64,000 nt of DNA from assembly GCA_016933575.1 (NCBI GenBank), contig JAFGAR010000088.1, positions 64,001 through 128,000 of the forward strand. The letters are read 5' to 3'. The stretch is from Candidatus Thorarchaeota archaeon. GTDB taxonomy: Archaea > Asgardarchaeota > Thorarchaeia > Thorarchaeales > Thorarchaeaceae. Position 1 is the stretch's first letter, and each line of letters opens with the position of its first letter. The notes beneath the pieces are model-generated. The model was not told the DNA's origin. It worked only from the letters and a program-made list of their open reading frames with translations, and searched no databases. Shown here one piece after another: positions 26,688-35,159 of the stretch. Made by a program: the position numbers and the translations under genes.

Positions 26688-28709
26688 TTGTCGTCACTCA
26701 GTGATATGAATGTACAAATATTGACGAGAGATGGTTGGAGTAATGGTTCTATTATAATAAACAAGATGGGTATGAATATCAAACTGGCTTCAGGTCAAAT
26801 TCTTACAGGTAAAGAAAAATCAAAAATTCTTTACGAGATGAATATTCAAATTCTCCCTTCTATGGAAGGAAATAAAGAAATCTCCCACTTAGAGCCAAGT
26901 TTTAAGATATCACTTAAACCACTTTTGCAGACATATCACAGGTACAATCCCCATTGGGGTCAATACATTGAGGATATTTTTCCACCATCCACACTGGGAT
27001 TTTATGGGCGAATGAAAACTGGAAGAGAAAAATTTCTCTATATCGTACAGGAGATAGAAGATGATTCCAGATTATGGCTTACTATAGCAGATGCCAACAA
27101 AGGCGAAATATATGAAGCACACACAATTCACCAATTTGAGGTTGAAAGCATCTCTTTAATTGATAGTCAGGAATTCAGGCATAAATGGTATGAAACTATA
27201 TGGTCAGAAATTCCTTCTTCAGAGAGAGATGAGATTCTGAATATACTAGATAGCCCTACCGTATCATGGAGTGATTTTGCTAAACTATTGGAAGATGTAT
27301 CTGTACCTAATCTCGAACTTGGAAAGACGATGAGAGATACTTTTTCTCAACTTATTCCATCGAATTTTCCAGAAGAAGTTCAGGAGCAGTTGATGCTTTT
27401 TTTGGCATTCATATCAATGAAAAAAGCTCCAAATGAGGATCCAATTGACTATTTGTATAAATTCTGGTCATTCCCGATACTTGGAGCCTTGATGGAAGGA
27501 CATTTGATGTGTTTAGTAGATGGTGTTGATTGCCCTCCGTATCTCAAACTCTTAACTCTAGCTAATAGACAGCATCTAATTGCGCCAACGAGAGCGATAG
27601 AAAACATAGTTATGGATTCACCGTGGCTTTTATTCTGGCAAAAAACTATCGAACAATTTCCAAACTGGTTCAATATAGCAGCAGAAATGGTTAAGGATTT
27701 GAATGCCAGAGAATCGATTGTTACTAAACCACCGATAACAGAATCTGCTGCAAAGAGATCTAAAGAACTTTGGAAAAAAAGGCTTGCAATCCTAATTTAT
27801 GAACTTAGAATTATGGGGAGAACCAACTCTCAATCATTGGGGCTTAAGGAACTCGTATATCTTGGGTCAGCCTATCGATGGCCACACAGACATATGAAAT
27901 TCATTACCCAATTAGGTAGTACCGGAGAAAACCCACCTTATCTTCAAGTAATGGTTATGCCACCATCTGCAGCAGTTCGGGTGAAGAGAGTTCTACCAGC
28001 AGTAGTAATCTTGTCTTGGATTACTAGAACCTCTAATATCGATCTATTCGATTTGGAAAAGAAAAAATGGGTAGTCCCAACTGAACAAATCATTTCTTCA
28101 ATTGCAAATACAAGTTCTCTCAATAAAATTACGAATAGATTTGGTATCAAAAGGACTGTTGATAACTACAGGATTACATCAAAGGAAGCAAAGGTTCTGG
28201 ATTTAGCAGCAGAGGGAATTAGATTAGCTGGAATTGAGAGAAGCGAGTATCTTAAGCCTTGGGGATTGGATTGGAAACAAATTCGATTCTTATTATCAAA
28301 TCTCTCCAATCGTGACGTAATTCAGTTGTTTTATGAAGTGTCGGATCAGAAGCTTATTTCGTTGGCAACAATCATTCAAGGACCTCCTGAAAGAGTATTA
28401 TCTTTGTGTTCTTCAATGTTAGAATATACTCCCACTACTTTAGCAATGATAGGAGAAAGAAGTGACCAAGCTGTTCTACTTACAAGAATACCTGAAACTC
28501 CAGCTTATGAGATAGCTTCGCAGTTACCCACACAAGGACTGGAGCAGGGTCTCACAATTAGATGTCTTCGTCCAACAAAATATCAAAGTTACTCTCACAA
28601 TCTCTATCAAAGGCTACTTAGAGAAGATGGAACTTGGGATGATGATGTGAGTGCATTCCTCTCCCAGGCTAGGTCCAAGAGAAGAGAGCTGTCAGAGAGT
28701 AATGCTTAA
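26688..28709 (+). CDS. Large hypothetical protein, possible C-terminal wHTH plus ferredoxin-like module
   Basis: 673-aa ORF, AT-richer than its neighbours; start uncertain. Confidence 0.65.
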   Translation: MSSLSDMNVQILTRDGWSNGSIIINKMGMNIKLASGQILTGKEKSKILYEMNIQILPSMEGNKEISHLEPSFKISLKPLLQTYHRYNPHWGQYIEDIFPPSTLGFYGRMKTGREKFLYIVQEIEDDSRLWLTIADANKGEIYEAHTIHQFEVESISLIDSQEFRHKWYETIWSEIPSSERDEILNILDSPTVSWSDFAKLLEDVSVPNLELGKTMRDTFSQLIPSNFPEEVQEQLMLFLAFISMKKAPNEDPIDYLYKFWSFPILGALMEGHLMCLVDGVDCPPYLKLLTLANRQHLIAPTRAIENIVMDSPWLLFWQKTIEQFPNWFNIAAEMVKDLNARESIVTKPPITESAAKRSKELWKKRLAILIYELRIMGRTNSQSLGLKELVYLGSAYRWPHRHMKFITQLGSTGENPPYLQVMVMPPSAAVRVKRVLPAVVILSWITRTSNIDLFDLEKKKWVVPTEQIISSIANTSSLNKITNRFGIKRTVDNYRITSKEAKVLDLAAEGIRLAGIERSEYLKPWGLDWKQIRFLLSNLSNRDVIQLFYEVSDQKLISLATIIQGPPERVLSLCSSMLEYTPTTLAMIGERSDQAVLLTRIPETPAYEIASQLPTQGLEQGLTIRCLRPTKYQSYSHNLYQRLLREDGTWDDDVSAFLSQARSKRRELSESNA

Positions 28710-28736
28710 AACCAAACGTGGAAACGAAACCTCTTG

Positions 28737-28852
28737 ATGGCGGCCATAGACCTAAGTGTACACCTGAACTCGGCCGAACTCAGAAGTTAAGACTTAGGCC
28801 GTCTGGGAAGATGTGCAGTGCGCGAGCCTGTGACAGGTCCCAGAGCTGCCAC
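28737..28852 (+). rRNA. rrf: 5S rRNA (unlinked)
   Basis: TGGCGGCCATAG...ACACCTGA...CCGAACTCAGAAGTTAAG...AGCTGCCA; helix I closes, ~115 nt, pyrimidine tract follows. Confidence 0.88.
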
Positions 28853-28912
28853 ATTCTCTTCTTCTATTTGCTCCAAACAATGTATCGATAGAAGCCATTA
28901 AAAGAATAATAA

Positions 28913-30052
28913 ATGAAATCGGATTTGATTTACATGCAGCTAGGCGCAACTAATGAATACAGTTGGATTATCAACATAGCATTCTTTGCCTTCATCATGC
29001 TATTCAGCCTATATGGAGCCAAATTCCAAATGTGGCAGTGGTTGAAACAGATTGAGATGGGACTGAGTGAGATGAAGCGTATGTTTGTCGAGTCTCGACA
29101 GACAGCTATTGATACATTCAAGGAATATGGAAAATCAGAAGAAGACATTGCTAAAGAGCTGGATAGATGGATGGACTATTTCACCATTATGCCTGTCGAT
29201 TTAGATCCAGCAGGAATTCTCAAGCGACTTGATCATCTATTAGATGAGCGAAGGGACAGATTTCAAGAGTTTGTTGCAGAATTAGCACCAGAGTCAAACG
29301 TGAGTATGAACCAGAATCTGGAGAATACCCTTGAAGTCACACAAGTTCTGGGATTAATATATCGAGTTGTCAGGCACTTCTACATTCTTGGAAAGAAGAC
29401 TGGCAGTCAGATTATGATTATGCAGATTCAGATGCAAATGCCGGACCTACTTAGACTTGCTAAGGCGTACTATGATGCCATTGGTGCATTCTCAGAAGGC
29501 AAACCAATTGGAGACAGTATTGGTCCCCTAGTCATTACTAGGTTTGCTAGAGAGTATGGTGCAACTCCAGAGAGCTACAACCATGAGATATCCAGAGAAG
29601 TGGGATATTATGTTATTGAATCTGAAGGACGAACTGTCTATGCACTTAGAGCAACAGGACCTGGTGGTACTGTTGGCAAGCCTGGTTTCGGTGTTCAGAG
29701 ACTTGTTGAAAAACATGGTAAGAATATCACACGGATTATCACCATTGATGCTGCCCTCAAATTCGAAGGTGAAGAACTAGGCCGTGTTTCCGAAGGGACA
29801 GGTGCAGCCATAGGCGATCCTGGACCGGAGAAACATGCAATAGAGCAGACAGCAACTGAACACGGGATTGGAATTGAGGCCATTGTCATCAAGGAGGATG
29901 AAGCAGCTGCAGTGGGAATTATGGACAAAAAGATCCTTGATGCTGTGCCAGAGGTCATTTCACGAATAAAAGAATCAATCCTCAAGAGGACAAAGCCAGG
30001 AGAGAGTATCATCCTAGCTGGGATTGGAAATACCATCGGTATTGGTCTGTGA
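28913..30052 (+). CDS. DUF1512 family protein
   Basis: PVDLDPAGI, PIGDSIGP, ITIDAALKFEGE, GAAIGDPGPEK, GIGNTIGI. Confidence 0.9.
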   Translation: MKSDLIYMQLGATNEYSWIINIAFFAFIMLFSLYGAKFQMWQWLKQIEMGLSEMKRMFVESRQTAIDTFKEYGKSEEDIAKELDRWMDYFTIMPVDLDPAGILKRLDHLLDERRDRFQEFVAELAPESNVSMNQNLENTLEVTQVLGLIYRVVRHFYILGKKTGSQIMIMQIQMQMPDLLRLAKAYYDAIGAFSEGKPIGDSIGPLVITRFAREYGATPESYNHEISREVGYYVIESEGRTVYALRATGPGGTVGKPGFGVQRLVEKHGKNITRIITIDAALKFEGEELGRVSEGTGAAIGDPGPEKHAIEQTATEHGIGIEAIVIKEDEAAAVGIMDKKILDAVPEVISRIKESILKRTKPGESIILAGIGNTIGIGL

Positions 30053-30062
30053 GGTGCGAAAA

Positions 30063-30422
30063 ATGAGCGTACTATCAAAAGGATTAGGCCTTATTCTCTC
30101 AGGTGTTGGATTTGTTCTCCTATTTTATGGTATGAGTACAACTGATGCACTGTCATTTGTATGGTCATTCATCGGGCTCATTGTAATGTCATTTGGATTT
30201 GCGTTCCTAACTGCAGGGAAACCAAAGGAAAAGAAACCGCCGCCGCCAACAGTGACTGAGATACAATGTGGCAGTTGCGATTTCAAGGAGATACGCGATT
30301 TCCAGAGGGGCGATCATGTCCTGAAAATTGTAGAAGCTGCATGTCCAAAGTGCCAAGGCACAATGACAATTGAGGGTGTCTACATCATAAGGGAAGAACC
30401 CGAAGAGAAGTACAATGTCTAA
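30063..30422 (+). CDS. Membrane-anchored Zn-ribbon protein
   Basis: Two TM segments plus CGSC...RDFQRGDHV...CPKC. Confidence 0.8.
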   Translation: MSVLSKGLGLILSGVGFVLLFYGMSTTDALSFVWSFIGLIVMSFGFAFLTAGKPKEKKPPPPTVTEIQCGSCDFKEIRDFQRGDHVLKIVEAACPKCQGTMTIEGVYIIREEPEEKYNV

Positions 30423-31318
30423 GTCCGTTGGGTGAGAATCACAGGACCATTCTCAGATACGAAGATTGTGTGTTCGGCCTGACTCACAGGTCGACCCTTC
30501 TTTTCTATCTGAAGCGGGTATCCACGGATTGCTCTCGCACGGATCAAGTTACGTATCTCTTCAACAATATCAATTTCTTTATCAGCTGAACCAATCCATC
30601 TTGATGCAAATGGGTAAGGGCCATATTTTTCTCGTAGATAGACTCTAAGCTTCTCTGTTGCCCCATCAAGAACTTTGTCTATACCAGTATTCGAAAAGAT
30701 GTAGACATATTCACTGTCTACAACAGTCCCGATACCACTTGTTGCGAAGGGTTCTATTGCATAGTACTCGCCAACCTCAACAACAGGCGTTCCCCGTTTC
30801 TTGATATTTGGAACTTGTTTTCCAGCATGAAGACGATGCCTTTTGATACTGTGACCTGTAAGATTGGAGATTGGTCGTAGACCATAAGCCTTGATTACTT
30901 TCTCAATAGTGGCTCCAATATCACCGAGTGCCACCCCAGGCTTTATCATAGAAATTGCCTCCTCAAGAGCATCTTCTGTTGCTGCAACGAATCCATCAAG
31001 GGTCCCATCGATATCCACAGTGAGAGCTGTATCAGTGATGTAACCATCCACATGAACCCCAACATCCAGTTTGACTAGTCCAAATTCAGGGATTTCGCTT
31101 CGGTCACCACGGGGAGAAGTGCTATGTGCAGCAATATGATTAATTGATACATTGCATGGAAATGCAGGAATTCCACCATATTCTCTGATTTTGTTCTCAG
31201 CTGTTGCACAAATCTTGAGAATTCTTGCCTTTGGCTCAATCATATGGCTGATGTCCTCGAGAACACGAGCAGCAATTTCGCCAGACTTGAGAGCTAAGGG
31301 ATCAGGATTGGGGACCAT
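30419..31318 (-). CDS. map: Type II methionine aminopeptidase (paralog 1)
   Basis: AFPCNVS, KLDVG, ITDTA, GHSI, AIEPF, QAEH. Confidence 0.96.
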   Translation of the reverse strand: MVPNPDPLALKSGEIAARVLEDISHMIEPKARILKICATAENKIREYGGIPAFPCNVSINHIAAHSTSPRGDRSEIPEFGLVKLDVGVHVDGYITDTALTVDIDGTLDGFVAATEDALEEAISMIKPGVALGDIGATIEKVIKAYGLRPISNLTGHSIKRHRLHAGKQVPNIKKRGTPVVEVGEYYAIEPFATSGIGTVVDSEYVYIFSNTGIDKVLDGATEKLRVYLREKYGPYPFASRWIGSADKEIDIVEEIRNLIRARAIRGYPLQIEKKGRPVSQAEHTIFVSENGPVILTQRT

Positions 31319-31372
31319 GGTACCACCTTGGCGAGACAGTGTAACGGAGCTTCTTAAGCGGTTCCATGTCCG

Positions 31373-32290
31373 CTATATGGTTTCAGAGTCTCGATGAGTC
31401 GAAACGATAGCACCGTTTTCACCTACAAAGACACTATGTTCAAACTGGGAAACCATACCGTTTCGTCCCTCGTAGAGAACAGGGTATCCATGTATCACAT
31501 CTGCGCGTTGAAGTAATTTGATTGCCACATCAATGTCAATCCCTTCAATTTTGCCATGAAGCCAGCGTGAAGCCCAAGGAAGAGTCTTGAAGAGATGGCG
31601 TGCAGTGTTTCGCACTCTTAGAGCCTGATGATCGAGCTTCTTCTTATTCTTCAGGTTGTTTGAGAAGATATAAGCATCTGAACCACTCTTAATTGTGCCA
31701 TTGCCATCAGTAGCAAAGGGTTCAATGGCATAGGTTTCACCAAGATTCATCACTGGCGAAACTCTCTGTCCAATATTAGGCACATTCTTTCCTGCATGAA
31801 GAACCCACTGTTTTAGCTGGTGTCCAGAGAGTTGATGGATGGGTCTGAGACCGTCTTTCTTTATTGCACGTTCTATTGCTTGACCCACTTCGCCCACATG
31901 AACTCCGGGACCAACAGTTTCCACTGCCGCCTGAAGTGCATTCTTTGCCGCGGCTATGAATCTATCATATGAACCATCAAGATCTACCGTGATTGCTGTA
32001 TCAGATATGTATCCATTGACATGAGCTCCAATATCAATCTTGACAAGACCCTTGTCAGGGAAGGTCTTTGTGTCAGCGGGGGGGCTGGTATAATGCGCTG
32101 CCTCTTGATTGATAGACACGTTACAAGGAAAAGCCAGTCCCGTTGCACCAAATTCCAATATTTTCTCTTCAGCGAGTTGGCATATTTTCAAGACTTTGAC
32201 TCTAGGACGAACCTCAGGTGCTATTAGGTCTAGGACTCTTCCAGCTATTTTTCCAGCTTTCATAAAGTCTGGGTGCGGCATCACAGCCAT
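31373..32290 (-). CDS. map: Type II methionine aminopeptidase (paralog 2)
   Basis: AFPCNVS, KIDIG, ISDTA, GHQL, AIEPF, QFEH. Confidence 0.96.
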   Translation of the reverse strand: MAVMPHPDFMKAGKIAGRVLDLIAPEVRPRVKVLKICQLAEEKILEFGATGLAFPCNVSINQEAAHYTSPPADTKTFPDKGLVKIDIGAHVNGYISDTAITVDLDGSYDRFIAAAKNALQAAVETVGPGVHVGEVGQAIERAIKKDGLRPIHQLSGHQLKQWVLHAGKNVPNIGQRVSPVMNLGETYAIEPFATDGNGTIKSGSDAYIFSNNLKNKKKLDHQALRVRNTARHLFKTLPWASRWLHGKIEGIDIDVAIKLLQRADVIHGYPVLYEGRNGMVSQFEHSVFVGENGAIVSTHRDSETI

Positions 32291-32452
32291 TATTTTTCAC
32301 TAAGAAAGGAACAAAGTGAGGTCGTATTTAAGTTTCAGATTCACACGTATTTAGGAACTTATTGCGAAAAAAAGAGTTACATCCCAAATTGTAGTTCTAT
32401 GGAGATGATGAAAGCTGAGAATCACCTAGTTGGAGTTTAAAGGCAGAAGGGG

Positions 32453-32653
32453 GTCGATACCTGTATCCCTACACACTAACTCCCAGCATCACGGCTTCAG
32501 AATTGTATCCGGCTCCGCTGAGCTGTCTCGGGCTGGGAATAATGGTACCGACCAGCCCGTCAATGTACGAAGCCAGGGTGACCTGCAATTCATCTGAGGG
32601 ATAATCATCCCCATCATGCGAGTCCGTTGTGGTTCGTCCTTATGGTATTTGAC
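32453..32653. ncRNA. Candidate rod-like structured ncRNA (family unassigned)
   Basis: Five or more nested stems in a GC-rich intergenic segment with no credible ORF. Confidence 0.45.
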
Positions 32654-32860
32654 AGGCAATGTCCAAGAGCTTTTCTTGAACACTATTTTCATGAAGTGAG
32701 ATGTTATTAGGATTACCACAAGGCGCGAAATATTGATTCTAAGACATAAGAATTTGGCAAAAGCGAGTAAGTTTTATGGTAATAGCGACAGCTTCAAATA
32801 CGCTCAAAACCCAGCCGAGCATGTATAGCACCCCTTGAAATAGCTGGGTGTGCTTTGCAA

Positions 32861-32996
32861 ATCATCATATCATCATATTACATGCGCCACGTGTTCCCCG
32901 GCTTAAGACCAAATTCAAGTCGGCGAACGAGCTCGCGCAAGTCTTAGGACTATTATTACTCATAGGATCATATCATCACGGTTATCATATCACATG
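32861..32996. repeat. ATCATAT(C/T)A repeat array upstream of dnaG
   Basis: Copies start at 32864, 32872, 32967 and 32984. Confidence 0.6.
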
Positions 32997-33106
32997 TTCC
33001 AGACTCGGAATAGAATGAAAGGCGAGGTAGGCTGATTCAAAAATACAGTCATGAGGCATATGCCCAAGGGGCATAGTAAGACGCAAGCAGGTTCCAAAAC
33101 GGTCGA

Positions 33107-34441
33107 ATGACGAGGGCTCGTGGTAGTACAGCACAGGAGACGTGCATAGAAATAGGAACAGACTTCGACCAAAGTACAGCTAAATACGTAATCAGAGCTA
33201 GAATTGAGATAGATGGCGTGGTCGATAAACCAGATGTAGTAGGAGCGGTTTTCGGGCAGACAGAAGGTCTGCTTGGAGAAGACCTAGACCTACGAGAACT
33301 ACAACGCACAGGTCGTATTGGTAGAATTCAGATTGTTATTAGAACTCAAGGTGGTAACAGCACAGGAGAGATTGTGATCCCGGTTTCATTAAATAAGACA
33401 GCAACTGCAATACTTGCAGCGGCATTAGAAACTGTGGATAGAGTTGGACCCTGCACTGCGAAAGTGATTCTTGAAAAGCTCGAAGATATTCGTGGTGCCA
33501 AGAGAAGAAAGGTAGTTAGTAGAGCCATTAGTATTTTGAAGGGATGGGAGGAAGATATAGCTCCCGGTACTGAAGAGATAACCACTGCAGTTACAAAAGG
33601 ACGCAAAGTGTCTATTACAAAATATGGTCCTGAGGGATTACCAGCAGGTCCAGAATTAGCCAGTAGTTCGGAGATTATTATCGTCGAAGGCCGCGCTGAT
33701 GTCATCAATCTCATGAAATGTGGAATAATGAATACAATTGCAGTTGAGGGAACGCATGTTCCAAAGACGATTGTGGAACTGACAAAGAAACGTGGCAAGC
33801 GAGTGATTGCGTTTCTTGATGGCGATCGTGGCGGAGACCTCATACTACGAGAACTCATGCAAATTGCAACGGTTCATTATATATCAAGAGCCCCTGAAGG
33901 AAAAGAAGTGGAAGAACTCTCCCGGCGTGAAGTAATCAAAGCCCTTCAAGCTCAAATTCCAGCAGAACAGGCGCTCTCATTGGTACAGGACCGCAAATCA
34001 ACTGTAAAAGGGAAACAACGAACCACAAGGAAGCCTTCTACGCAAACAAAGACCCGTAGAGAAATTAGGAAACCGGAAGAAACTCCTCCAAAACGAGAGA
34101 CTCCACTTGTATCCAGCAGGCCAAAGCCAATTCGAAGGACCCCAGTAGCCGTAGACGAGATTTATGTTGATAAGATTGAGAGTATCAAGGAAGGATTCAA
34201 GGCAGTCTTATTCAATGCAAATAAAGAGGTCATAGTTGAATGCGGGGTGGCAGAGCTTGCTAAGAAACTGGAGGAACAAGAAACAGTGCCAGTGGTAGTC
34301 TTTGATGGTGTCATTACACAACGCCTTGTGGATATTGCAGCCAAGAAAAAGACGGAACTCCTCATCGGAGCCGCTGTGGCAGATATCGAAAAGACTCCAA
34401 GTGGATTACAGATTGTCACTTTCGATGAATTAGGTCAATAA
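33107..34441 (+). CDS. dnaG: Archaeal DnaG (exosome-associated TOPRIM protein)
   Basis: DVVGAVFGQTEGLLG, IIVEGRADV, FLDGDRGG. Confidence 0.97.
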   Translation: MTRARGSTAQETCIEIGTDFDQSTAKYVIRARIEIDGVVDKPDVVGAVFGQTEGLLGEDLDLRELQRTGRIGRIQIVIRTQGGNSTGEIVIPVSLNKTATAILAAALETVDRVGPCTAKVILEKLEDIRGAKRRKVVSRAISILKGWEEDIAPGTEEITTAVTKGRKVSITKYGPEGLPAGPELASSSEIIIVEGRADVINLMKCGIMNTIAVEGTHVPKTIVELTKKRGKRVIAFLDGDRGGDLILRELMQIATVHYISRAPEGKEVEELSRREVIKALQAQIPAEQALSLVQDRKSTVKGKQRTTRKPSTQTKTRREIRKPEETPPKRETPLVSSRPKPIRRTPVAVDEIYVDKIESIKEGFKAVLFNANKEVIVECGVAELAKKLEEQETVPVVVFDGVITQRLVDIAAKKKTELLIGAAVADIEKTPSGLQIVTFDELGQ

Positions 34442-34466
34442 AGCGGCTGAATTGTTAGCCGCTTTC
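34441..34466 (+). terminator. Hairpin after dnaG
   Basis: AAGCGGCTGA-ATTG-TTAGCCGCTT. Confidence 0.55.
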
Positions 34467-34558
34467 ACATCCTTAATTAATGGATGACATGCGGAGCGCC
34501 CTAAATCGAGTGATTATCTAGAACACACTCTGTTCCAGATGATGATTCAAAAGTAGAG

Positions 34559-35014
34559 ATGATACCTTTGACGAATTCGACATTTCATGCAAGACTTGAC
34601 AAAACAGAGACTTCCAAAATACACTCTATTACTCTGGGAGGGCACCAGAGTACTACTGTCTGCCCACCCCCAATGCTTGGTGAACAACCAGGATCAACAA
34701 GTCCACATCACTTGTTTCTTGCATCAATTGGCGCATGTGTTAACCTCGTCTTTGAGATCGCACTTGAAAAGGCGAGAGTAAAGGTCTTTGAACTCAACTC
34801 AGAAATCAATGGTGAATATATTACCGATGAAGAAACAGGAGCTAGTCGATTTGAATCGGTTAGTGTTGAAACAAGGGTGGTCGTTCCTGAGGGGACCAAT
34901 GAGGGAAAGGTTCTGAGACTCTTCGATGTTGCTCATGCAAACTGTCCTATAGGTAACTGTCTTGTTGGTTCGTGTATTAAGTTAGTGACCAATTTGATAA
35001 TTGAATACAGATGA
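34559..35014 (+). CDS. OsmC family protein
   Basis: SPHHLFLASIGAC...AHANCPIGN. Confidence 0.88.
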   Translation: MIPLTNSTFHARLDKTETSKIHSITLGGHQSTTVCPPPMLGEQPGSTSPHHLFLASIGACVNLVFEIALEKARVKVFELNSEINGEYITDEETGASRFESVSVETRVVVPEGTNEGKVLRLFDVAHANCPIGNCLVGSCIKLVTNLIIEYR

Positions 35015-35159
35015 ACTATGTAAAATAGATCACAATGCTTGTGAGGTGGATTCTTAGGAACCCCTCACACTTCTTGTTTTTCGTATGCATTCTTGCTAGT
35101 AATACTCACAATTATCTCGGTGCAACCAGGAATCAGTACATGGAGCAGAAGAGAGGCTC

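Noticed and set aside
32570-32587. Cobalamin riboswitch B12 box (AAGCCAGGGTGACCTGC)
   Set aside because: Upstream AGGGAA and GGTG..AATCC core elements are absent, and there is no B12-related gene downstream
32370-32720. SRP RNA, RNase P RNA, SECIS or H/ACA identity for the structured region
   Set aside because: No helix-8 CAGG-GNRA-AGCA, no GAGGAAAGUCC, GA quartet out of register, and ACA too far from the candidate pocket
34441-35014. Selenocysteine read-through in OsmC or other redox genes
   Set aside because: Cys codons are present at the catalytic positions, and no in-frame TGA extension or SECIS was seen
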